Position numbers and translations under genes: made by a program. This document shows positions 55,262 through 62,903 of a DNA stretch of 64,000 bases, piece after piece (within the stretch, counting starts at the first letter, position 1; the number at the start of each line of letters is the position of its first letter). Source of the DNA: an uncultured Oscillospiraceae bacterium. GTDB lineage: Bacteria > Bacillota > Clostridia > Oscillospirales > Oscillospiraceae. The notes beneath the pieces are model-generated. The model did no database searches, was not told the DNA's origin, and saw nothing but the letters and a program-made list of their open reading frames with translations. The stretch covers positions 18,269 to 82,268 of the forward strand of contig CAJTUD010000005.1 in assembly GCA_910579725.1 (NCBI GenBank), read 5' to 3'.

Positions 55262-56530
55262 ATGGCCAACATGGCAAAAACCAAGTATATTGTCCGCCAG
55301 CCTATCAAGGATTTGCAGGGCGGAGTCTTGGGCTACGAAATCCGTTATGCCGGCGAGGACGCCGGGTTCAATGGAGAAAACGGCCAGGATTTTGCGGCGG
55401 CGGAAACCATTTATAACTTTCTGACCCAGGCCAGTGACACCACGCTGAAAGGTGCGCTGAATTTCATGACCTTCACCACAAACCTGCTCATGAAGCAGAC
55501 GCCCAAACTGTTTGCGCCAGAGGAGCTGGTCATTGTGGTGGGGGAGAGCGTGATCATTCATCCTCTGGCCATGCGCTTTGTGGAGCGTTACCGTCAGGAG
55601 GGGTATTCCGTAGCGGTGAAGGATTTCCAGTTTGCCCCCCGGTTTATCTCCAACCTGCGGCAGTTTGACTATGTGATGGTGGACCTGCGCCACGCCGAGG
55701 ACGCAGGAGTGCGCCGTCTGGCGGAGATGGTCCATAACATGGGGAAAAAGTGTGTGGCCACCGGCGTGGATACCGAGGAGCTCTATCAGAAAGCCTTCAT
55801 TTTGGGGGCCGACGCCATGTGCGGCCGTTATGCCGCCGAGCAGATGTTCACCGCCGTCCACTCCGCCAATTACTTGCAGAGCAACTTCTTCCGTCTGCTG
55901 GTGGCTATCACCAAGGACGAGCCCGAGGTGGAGGAGATCGAGCAGATCATCTCCATGGATGCCAGTCTTACCTACAGTCTGCTGCGGATTGTGAACTCTG
56001 CTTATTTCGCTCTGCGCAACCGGGCCACCAGCGTCCACCAGGCGGTAACGATCCTGGGCCTGGGTCAGCTGCGTCAATGGATTTACCTCATGGGCTGCCG
56101 GGACGAAAAGGGAGAGCTGGACGAAAATCAGGAGGAGATGCTCAAGCTCTCTTTTACACGGGCCAATTTTGCCAGCGAACTCATGCGCTATGCCAAAAAT
56201 ATGCCGGTGGGCCGGAGCGACGCTTATTTGATGGGTATGTTCTCCACGCTGCAATTTCTGATTGCAGCACCTCTGGAGGACATTCTCTCGGAGGTCGCCA
56301 TTTCTATCGACGTAAAAGACGCGCTGATCAACCACGAGGGCCGCTGCGGGTTGCTGTACGATCTGATTCTCGCCTATGAGCGGGCGGATTGGGCTACCAT
56401 CAACCGCATCGGTGAAGAGCTGGGGCTGCCTATGGACCGTCTGCCGGAAATTTACTTCCAGTGCCTGGACGACGTCAACAATATCTGGCGTCAGCTGACC
56501 GATATGGGCGGGGAAGAAGCGGCGGAATAA
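55262..56530 (+). CDS. EAL + HDOD domain protein (B. subtilis PdeH/YuxH-like architecture)
   Basis: The N-terminal YIVRQPIKDLQGGVLGYEIRY opening is typical of this EAL subfamily. The C-terminal HDOD segment is SLTYSLLRIVNSAYFALRNRATSVHQAVTILGLGQLRQW. Catalytic competence was not assessed. Confidence 0.75.
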   Translation: MANMAKTKYIVRQPIKDLQGGVLGYEIRYAGEDAGFNGENGQDFAAAETIYNFLTQASDTTLKGALNFMTFTTNLLMKQTPKLFAPEELVIVVGESVIIHPLAMRFVERYRQEGYSVAVKDFQFAPRFISNLRQFDYVMVDLRHAEDAGVRRLAEMVHNMGKKCVATGVDTEELYQKAFILGADAMCGRYAAEQMFTAVHSANYLQSNFFRLLVAITKDEPEVEEIEQIISMDASLTYSLLRIVNSAYFALRNRATSVHQAVTILGLGQLRQWIYLMGCRDEKGELDENQEEMLKLSFTRANFASELMRYAKNMPVGRSDAYLMGMFSTLQFLIAAPLEDILSEVAISIDVKDALINHEGRCGLLYDLILAYERADWATINRIGEELGLPMDRLPEIYFQCLDDVNNIWRQLTDMGGEEAAE

Positions 56531-56546
56531 AACTCCCGCGAAGAAC

Positions 56547-56581
56547 AAAAGGACCGGACCCAAGTGGGTCCGGTCCTTTTC
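56547..56581. terminator. Bidirectional rho-independent terminator between the fla/che operon and the ComFB gene
   Basis: AAAA-ggaccggaccc-aagt-gggtccggtcc-TTTT. Confidence 0.75.
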
Positions 56582-56587
56582 TGCCTG

Positions 56588-57367
56588 TCACATCAGCAGA
56601 TTTTCACGATCATGCCTGGGGCTGTCCATGACAATCTTACAGGCGCGGGTGAGCTGGGCGAAAATGGTGCTGTTATAACGGCTTTCATAGACGGTGAGCA
56701 TGGCGTGCGCCTCTGTCCGGCGGCGTACAATATAGGAAGGCTGAAGGTTTGTCAGGGTCAGTGCCCGTACATCTGCCGCGCACCGTTCACAGGAGCATAG
56801 ACCGAACATTTTGATATACCGGGGCGCTTTTTCCGCTACCAGAGATTCCATTACGTTGACGACAACCAGCTCGTCCGGGTCTGGACCGGCAGGCTTCGGT
56901 GCGGATTTGGGTTCGGGTTCGGGCTCCGGCTCCGGTTCGGGCTCCGGCTCCGGCTCGGGTTCGGGCTCCGGCTCGGGTTCGGGTTCCGGTTCGGGTTCGG
57001 GCTCCGGTTCGGGCTCGGGCTCAAGTTCCAGTTCGGGCTCCGGCTCCGGCTCGGATTCGGCTTCCAGTGCGCCGTCCAATTCAGAAAGCAGTTCATTTTC
57101 CAACGCATCCTTGATTTGCAGAGAAATCTGCTCATCATTGTTGCGGGCCACCTCCAGAATGGGCGGCGCAAGAGGACGGGGAGAGGATTCCAGCCCGCCT
57201 TCAGCAGGGGCAATGACTTCGGTATTCTCAGGGGATACGGGAGGCTCTGCCTGAGAAACAGCGGGCGGGCGGATTGTCTCGTTCTCTCCTCCAGGAGCCA
57301 GCAGATTCAGTACATGAGCAGTTTTGCTGCTCTTTGTGTTCTTTTTCGGGGTGGCCATGGGTACCAT
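56588..57367 (-). CDS. ComFB-domain protein with basic N-terminal peptide and long (EP)n linker
   Basis: The C-terminal 90 aa match the ComFB pattern (NVMESLV...[27 protein letters not shown]). The N-terminus is (MVP)[20 protein letters not shown]. The start may be the second ATG at 57358. Confidence 0.7.
   Translation of the reverse strand: MVPMATPKKNTKSSKTAHVLNLLAPGGENETIRPPAVSQAEPPVSPENTEVIAPAEGGLESSPRPLAPPILEVARNNDEQISLQIKDALENELLSELDGALEAESEPEPEPELELEPEPEPEPEPEPEPEPEPEPEPEPEPEPEPEPEPEPEPKSAPKPAGPDPDELVVVNVMESLVAEKAPRYIKMFGLCSCERCAADVRALTLTNLQPSYIVRRRTEAHAMLTVYESRYNSTIFAQLTRACKIVMDSPRHDRENLLM
56909..57052 (-). repeat. 24 consecutive in-frame hexanucleotide units encoding (EP)3(EL)2(EP)19
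   Basis: I counted this unit by unit. The plus strand reads SGGYTC x 24 with only 2 variant (aagttc/cagttc) units. Confidence 0.95.
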
Positions 57368-57409
57368 CTCTCCTTAAATGATTCTCAATTGATTTCATCC
57401 GGCAAGAGA

Positions 57410-58174
57410 TCAGATGGGCAGCGCCCTGGTGATCTCGTCAATCAAGGCCCGGAAATCCGAAGCCGGTTTGGAGGCGGGGGCATAGCTGAGAACGCTCTCT
57501 CCGTGGGCAGGGGCTTCCGCTACTGAGACGCTGGTGCGGATTTTCGCCTCAAAGACCGTGGTGTCCAGCTGGGCGGCGATCTGTCCGGCCATATCCAACA
57601 CTTCCCGGTTGAGAGTGAAACGCTGATTGTACTTGTTGAGCAAAATGCCCAGCACCTTCAGCCGGGAGTTGTAGCACCGGCGGACAGTGTCGATGGTTTC
57701 CCGGATCTGGGCCACGCCCAGCAGGCTCAATATCTCCGGAGCCATGGGAATGACCAGCCCATCGGAAACAACGTAAGCGTTCACCGTCAGCACATTCAGC
57801 GCCGGCGGCGTGTCCACGATGATATAGTCGTAATCGTCCTGTACCTCTGCCAGGGCGTTTTTCAGCAGAAACTCACGGCCTGCCCGGTTAAATTCCAGCT
57901 CTGCGGCGCTCAGCAGGATGTTGCTGGGCAGAATGTCTCCGCACTCCGAGGGTACGATGACCTCTTTGATGGACCGGGTTCCCTTCATAACGTCATAGAC
58001 CGTGGCACAGTTGTCAATATCCAGACCCAGACAGAAGCCCAGGCTTCCCTGGGGGTCAAGGTCCACGCCCAGTACCCGCCGGCCCATTTGGTGCAGGCCG
58101 GCCAGCAGGGCGCAGGAGGTGGTTGTTTTCCCCACGCCGCCCTTTTGGTTGGTGATTGTGATAACAGCAGACAA
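57410..58174 (-). CDS. Orphan ParA/Soj-type ATPase
   Basis: Deviant Walker A ITNQKGGVGKTTT, DLDPQG, Walker B IIVDTPP, and overall collinear with Soj. The likely TTG start at 58174 has a GGAGGGG SD (the ORF-track start 58195 is also TTG). No ParB is nearby. Confidence 0.88.
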   Translation of the reverse strand: MSAVITITNQKGGVGKTTTSCALLAGLHQMGRRVLGVDLDPQGSLGFCLGLDIDNCATVYDVMKGTRSIKEVIVPSECGDILPSNILLSAAELEFNRAGREFLLKNALAEVQDDYDYIIVDTPPALNVLTVNAYVVSDGLVIPMAPEILSLLGVAQIRETIDTVRRCYNSRLKVLGILLNKYNQRFTLNREVLDMAGQIAAQLDTTVFEAKIRTSVSVAEAPAHGESVLSYAPASKPASDFRALIDEITRALPI

Positions 58175-58211
58175 AATATCCCCTCCGCTCTGCAAAATCT
58201 TTTCAATGGCT

Positions 58212-58240
58212 CTTAACTTTACTATACTACGTGACGATAA
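58212..58240 (+). promoter_or_regulatory. Possible sigma-28 promoter upstream of fliD
   Basis: (C)TTAACTTT - 12 nt - GACGATAA compared with the consensus TAAAGTTT-N11-GCCGATAA. A sigma-A-like TTTTCA-N17-TATACT overlaps it. Confidence 0.35.
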
Positions 58241-58319
58241 AAAAGTACAGAGGGATATTCTCTTTTTCTGTAAATTTTAAAAAAGAACATTGTTACTTTA
58301 TCATAAAGGAGAGATCAAT

Positions 58320-61136
58320 ATGGCATCCATCAACGGCGTCAGCGGAAATAATTTGACCAGCAGCCTGTATAATAGTGCCAATGTCATCAGCGGCCTTGCC
58401 AGCGGACTGGATACCGAGAGTATGATCGAAGGTCTGGTGCAGAGCTACCAGAAGAAGATCCAGGACTTGAGCAACAAATCCACCAAGCTGGAGTGGAAGC
58501 AGGAGGCCTACCGCAGCATTATCACCAAGATGAACGCCTTTGCCAGTAAGTACACCTCTTACAGCTCCTCCACCAACCTGATGAGCGCTTCCTTCTTCAA
58601 CAGCGCTACCAAGGTGGCCGCTCAGGGCAAGTACGCCGACAAGGTGACTGCCAGCGGCCGTACCGACAGCAGTGTGAAGCTCAACAGTGTCAAGCAGCTG
58701 GCCGACGCCGCCCGGTACACCACCAAGAGCTCTCTGGATATTGGCTCCGACTTTGCCATTACCGCTGAGGATGGTGTGAAATTTACGGATACCGTGGAGA
58801 TGGGCACGCTGTCCGGTTCCATGACCTTTGACTACGGCGGAAAGACCGTCAGCATAGTTTTTGACCCCAACAAGGATATGATTGATAACAACCTGTCCGC
58901 TGGGGACAAGGCCAAAGCGCTGGGCGACATGATCCGCGAGAAGCTGGACGACGCGAAGGTCACGCTCTCCACCGGAGAGACCAAGTCCGCCTCTGAGCTC
59001 ATTGACGTCTCCACCGACGCCTCCGGCCGGATTTCCTTCAAGGACAAGAGCTCCGGCGGCAACAGCGTGTATATCTCCGGGGCCAGCGACTCTGTGAAGG
59101 AGACCCTGAGACTGGATCTGGAGAAGGCCGACGAGAAGAAGCCCGCTACCTTCCAGGTAGGCGCTTCCACCCAGCTCACGCAGACCCCCACCGTGGCCAG
59201 TCTGATTTCCGGCAAGGCGATGAACATTTCCCTGGACGGCAGAAGCAAGACCATTTTCCTGCCGAAAGTGGCGCGGAACGGGGATGGCTCCTATACCCTG
59301 ACGCCTCCCACGCTGGGCAAGGACAAGGACGGCAACACCACGCTGTCCTATGATCCGCAAAAGGGTAAAAAGGTCAGCGAAAAAGAGTATGCCGACGCGT
59401 ATGCCGCCATGGTCAACGATGAGATACAAAAGGAGTTCGGCCAGAAGATTACCGTTTCCAATGTGGGGACAGCAGATGAAAAAGGTGTCAAGTCCCTTCA
59501 GCTGAAGATTCAGGCTCCTGAGAATTCCAGCCTTGTGGTCAACTCTGACGCTGGCAAGGCGCTGGGGATTGGGAACTCCGCCACCAACTACCTTAACACT
59601 GGAAAGACTTTGGGCGAGCTGATAAAGGACGATAAGATGTGGGACGGCCTGCCCCAGGCCAAGGATGAGAAGGGCAAGCCTCTCAAGGACGAGGACGGCA
59701 ACCAACTCTATGCCTTTGTCATCAACGGCAAGACTGTGGGCAACTACAGCAAGGAAAGCAAGCTGTCCGACATCATGAACGATATCAACAATTCCGATGC
59801 CGGCGTAAAAGTAAGTTATTCTCAGACCACCCGGGCATTTACCTTTACCAGCAAGGAGACCGGCGCGGAATATGGGATAGAGATGGGAGAGGGCCTGGCG
59901 CAGGCGCTGTTCCAGAAGCCCATGGAACCTATGGATAGCAGCGATACGCTGGAGAATATCCTGGGCAAGGATCATGAGTACGGAGATTCCTTCAAGATGA
60001 ATATTGGCGGAAAGGCAATCGAGATCGGCCTGCCGCTGGATAAGACGAGTATGAAGGAAGTCACCATAGACGAGCTGGTGAGCTATGTCAACGGCGCTAT
60101 CGGCGACCAGGGGATGAAGGCGTCTTTTGACAAGGACAGCAATACCATCACTGTGACCGATAAGGACGGCAAGAAGGTGAACGTGGAGTATGAGGACGAG
60201 ACGTCCAAGGCCCTCTTTGCCCCGTCTGTAGAGAAGGGCGGTATTTATACCGCCGGCAAGGACGCCATCTTCCAGGTGGAGGTCAACGGTCAGACCCTGG
60301 ATATGACCCGGGCTACCAACAGCGCCAATATTGACGGCCTGACCATCAACTTCAAGAGCACTTTCGAGGCAGAGGACGGCGACGAAATCTCCTTCCAGAC
60401 CAGCACCGATTCCGATAAGATTGTGGACGCGGTGAAGAGCATGATCGCCGACTACAATGAGATGATGTCGGAGATCCGGGGACAGTACGCGACTCTCCCC
60501 TATCAGAGCTCCAATGGCTCTTTCAAGACTTATGAGCCCCTCAGCGACGAGGACAAGGCCGGCATGAGCGAGAGCGCCATCAAGAGCTACGAGGAAAAGG
60601 CGAAGCAGGGACTGCTGTTCAGCGACAGCAACCTTTCCACGCTGTATGAGCGGATGCGCTCTGTCTTCGCCCCCGGCGGGACGGACGAGGCGCTGCTGCG
60701 GCAGATGGGAATCACCATGACCTACTCTTCCTCCGACGGGTCCTCCTCGATTACGCTGGATGAGAGCAAGCTGCGGGAGATGCTGGAAAGCGATCCCGAT
60801 GCGGTGGCGGATATCTTTACCCGCGCCTCCAGTTCCGGCGAGGAGTCCAATGGCATCATGCAGGGACTGAAGGTCCAGCTGGACCGCTATGCCGGCATTA
60901 CCGGCGCCAACAAGGGCATTCTTGTGCAGCAGGCCGGTACCCCCCTGAGTTCCCTGACTCTGATGAATAACAACTGGCAGAACCAGATTGACGGCATTTA
61001 TACCGACATCGAAAAATGGCAGGATAAGCTGAGCGCCCAGGTGGATAAGTACACCAGTATGTTCAGTAAGCTGGAAACACTCATCTATCAGATGAACTCC
61101 CAGAGTTCCACTCTGGCCGGCCTGATGGGCGGCTGA
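58320..61136 (+). CDS. fliD: Flagellar filament capping protein FliD, oversized
   Basis: N-terminus ISGLASGLDTESMIEGLVQSYQKKIQDL...EWKQEAYRSI and a C-terminal coiled-coil (IEKWQDKLSAQVDKYTSMFSKLETLIYQMNSQSSTL). 938 aa. The ATG at 58320 has an AAAGGAGAG SD. Confidence 0.9.
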   Translation: MASINGVSGNNLTSSLYNSANVISGLASGLDTESMIEGLVQSYQKKIQDLSNKSTKLEWKQEAYRSIITKMNAFASKYTSYSSSTNLMSASFFNSATKVAAQGKYADKVTASGRTDSSVKLNSVKQLADAARYTTKSSLDIGSDFAITAEDGVKFTDTVEMGTLSGSMTFDYGGKTVSIVFDPNKDMIDNNLSAGDKAKALGDMIREKLDDAKVTLSTGETKSASELIDVSTDASGRISFKDKSSGGNSVYISGASDSVKETLRLDLEKADEKKPATFQVGASTQLTQTPTVASLISGKAMNISLDGRSKTIFLPKVARNGDGSYTLTPPTLGKDKDGNTTLSYDPQKGKKVSEKEYADAYAAMVNDEIQKEFGQKITVSNVGTADEKGVKSLQLKIQAPENSSLVVNSDAGKALGIGNSATNYLNTGKTLGELIKDDKMWDGLPQAKDEKGKPLKDEDGNQLYAFVINGKTVGNYSKESKLSDIMNDINNSDAGVKVSYSQTTRAFTFTSKETGAEYGIEMGEGLAQALFQKPMEPMDSSDTLENILGKDHEYGDSFKMNIGGKAIEIGLPLDKTSMKEVTIDELVSYVNGAIGDQGMKASFDKDSNTITVTDKDGKKVNVEYEDETSKALFAPSVEKGGIYTAGKDAIFQVEVNGQTLDMTRATNSANIDGLTINFKSTFEAEDGDEISFQTSTDSDKIVDAVKSMIADYNEMMSEIRGQYATLPYQSSNGSFKTYEPLSDEDKAGMSESAIKSYEEKAKQGLLFSDSNLSTLYERMRSVFAPGGTDEALLRQMGITMTYSSSDGSSSITLDESKLREMLESDPDAVADIFTRASSSGEESNGIMQGLKVQLDRYAGITGANKGILVQQAGTPLSSLTLMNNNWQNQIDGIYTDIEKWQDKLSAQVDKYTSMFSKLETLIYQMNSQSSTLAGLMGG

Positions 61137-61172
61137 GGCGGCAGCGGATGACAGAAAGGAGCGGCGTCACAT

Positions 61173-61568
61173 ATGGATCGGAGAGGCTATCAGCAGTATA
61201 AGCAGCAGTCCGTGGGCTCCATGACCCCCGGCGAGCTGCTGCTGCTGCTGTACGACGAACTGGTCAAGCGCGCAACCATGGCAGCCATAGCCTTGGGCAA
61301 GGAGGACTTTCCGGCCTTTGAAGCCGCCGTGGACCGGTGTACGGATATTGTCAATTACCTGGATGAGACGCTCGATCACAAGTATCCTATCAGCCAGGAG
61401 CTCAGCCGGATGTATGAGTATTTCACTTATCAGCTGGGCAGGATCAAGATCGGCCGGAACAAGCAGGAGTTGGAACGGCTGCGCCCCATGCTGGCAGATA
61501 TGCGGGACGCGTTCCGCACAGCGGAGAAAAACAGCAGCACCCAGCCCGGAAAAGGCGGCCAGTTATGA
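61173..61568 (+). CDS. fliS: Flagellin-specific chaperone FliS
   Basis: 131 aa beginning YQQYKQQSVGSMTPGELLLLLYDELVKR..., with ISQELSRMYEYFTYQL, the canonical FliS four-helix pattern. Confidence 0.92.
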   Translation: MDRRGYQQYKQQSVGSMTPGELLLLLYDELVKRATMAAIALGKEDFPAFEAAVDRCTDIVNYLDETLDHKYPISQELSRMYEYFTYQLGRIKIGRNKQELERLRPMLADMRDAFRTAEKNSSTQPGKGGQL

Positions 61569-61954
61569 GTAAAGATGACTGGTTGGAGTTGACAGTTCTG
61601 GAGAAAAAGAAGTATAATTATCTGGTGGAGATTCAGGATCTCACCCGGCAGCTGGCCGAAAGTCTGGACCGCAACGACCAGGTGTCCACCCGGATGCTGG
61701 TGGCAATGCGTCAGGATCCCATCCGGCAGCTGACCGAGGTGGAGCACAGTGGGAAGCTTCGGCTGACTGTGCTGGCTCCGGAGGACAGAGAAACGGTTGC
61801 GGCCCTGCGGAAAGGCGCCGGACCTCAGGATGACGGGCAGCGGATTTTTCAGGAGCATGCAGGAAAAACCCGCCGCCTGCTGGAGCAGATAGTGGAACTG
61901 GACCGCCGGGTGAGTCTGCGCATGGCGGGTGAAAACTCGTTTTATACTAAGTAA
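61565..61954 (+). CDS. FliT-like helical protein (positional call)
   Basis: 129 aa, predicted all-helical, with start overlapping the fliS stop. It occupies the fliT slot. Sequence support is weak. Confidence 0.4.
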   Translation: MSKDDWLELTVLEKKKYNYLVEIQDLTRQLAESLDRNDQVSTRMLVAMRQDPIRQLTEVEHSGKLRLTVLAPEDRETVAALRKGAGPQDDGQRIFQEHAGKTRRLLEQIVELDRRVSLRMAGENSFYTK

Positions 61955-62027
61955 GGAGCCCCTGTGTTCCGCCGGCTCCGGCCGGCGGAACCGGTACGCT
62001 CGGGAGAACGGGAGGCGGCGCCGCAGA

Positions 62028-62732
62028 ATGGCGGAAATTCGTCTGGAACATGTGTCGAAGCAATATATGGAGGAACGGCGTCCCACGTATGCTGTGCGGG
62101 ATATCAGCCTGACGGTGGAACAAGGGGAGTTTGTCTTTCTCATCGGAAGCAGCGGAGCGGGGAAAACCACCTTGCTGAAGCTGATGAGCGGCGAGCTGGC
62201 CCCTGACGAAGGGACCGTGTGCCTCAACAATGCCAATATGGCTCGCCTGATCGGTCCCTGGCGGGTCCGGGCCCGCCGGACTTTTGGAATTGTCAGCCAG
62301 CAGGGGCTGCTGGTCCGGAAACGCACCGTGGAAGAAAATCTGATGCTGGCGGCCAGCGCTGCCGGTATGATGCGGCGCAAGGGGCGGGAAGCTGTGAAAA
62401 AGGCGCTGGGAATTGTAGGATTGCCCGGGGTGGAGGCCTGCTATCCGGCGGAGCTGTCTATCGGCGAGAGCCGGCGGGTGGAGTTGGCCCGGGCGGTTAT
62501 CAACAGTCCCTCCATCCTTTTGCTGGATGAGCTGACAGCCAATCTGGATGACGATGTCATCTGGGATCTGGTACATCTGCTCACTGAGCTCAATTCCCGC
62601 GGCACTACCATCGTCATGGCCACCCACGCCAGCCAGTATGTGAACATTCTGCGCCGGCGGGTCATTACCCTGGTGGATGGAAGGGTTGTGGGCGACGTGA
62701 AAAACGGGAAGTACGGCGATATTTTGGGATAA
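62028..62732 (+). CDS. FtsE-like ABC-type ATPase with degenerate signature motif; no FtsX-like permease follows
   Basis: Walker A GSSGAGKTT, a Q-loop, Walker B ILLLDE and H-loop MATHAS. The signature reads LSIGESRR instead of LSGGQ. The start is at the ATG at 62028 (MAEIRLEHVSKQY). Confidence 0.75.
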   Translation: MAEIRLEHVSKQYMEERRPTYAVRDISLTVEQGEFVFLIGSSGAGKTTLLKLMSGELAPDEGTVCLNNANMARLIGPWRVRARRTFGIVSQQGLLVRKRTVEENLMLAASAAGMMRRKGREAVKKALGIVGLPGVEACYPAELSIGESRRVELARAVINSPSILLLDELTANLDDDVIWDLVHLLTELNSRGTTIVMATHASQYVNILRRRVITLVDGRVVGDVKNGKYGDILG

Positions 62733-62903
62733 GCCGACTGCCATAAATGTCAAAGCGGGTTGATTTATGCCTGACGCGGAGCCTCTGCCGCCGCACCGGG
62801 CTGTCTCTGGGGCAGAAAAGAGAGCTTGGCCGCCGGTTGGCCGGGCGAGAAATGCCCGCCGGTGAGGATACCGGCCCGGGGAAAATTTAGGAGGAAACGC
62901 ACC

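Noticed and set aside
56909-57052. Regular short repeats that could be mistaken for a CRISPR-like or non-coding satellite array.
   Set aside because: The unit is only 6 nt with no spacers. It is in frame within a well-supported ORF and translates to an EP/EL dipeptide run.
62733-62903. GC-rich self-complementary 5' region of the MCP gene, considered as a c-di-GMP (GEMM) riboswitch given the locus theme.
   Set aside because: The hallmark GEMM-I elements (GNRA tetraloop/receptor arrangement, GCAAAGCC-type segments) are not present. Only generic GC hairpins can be drawn.
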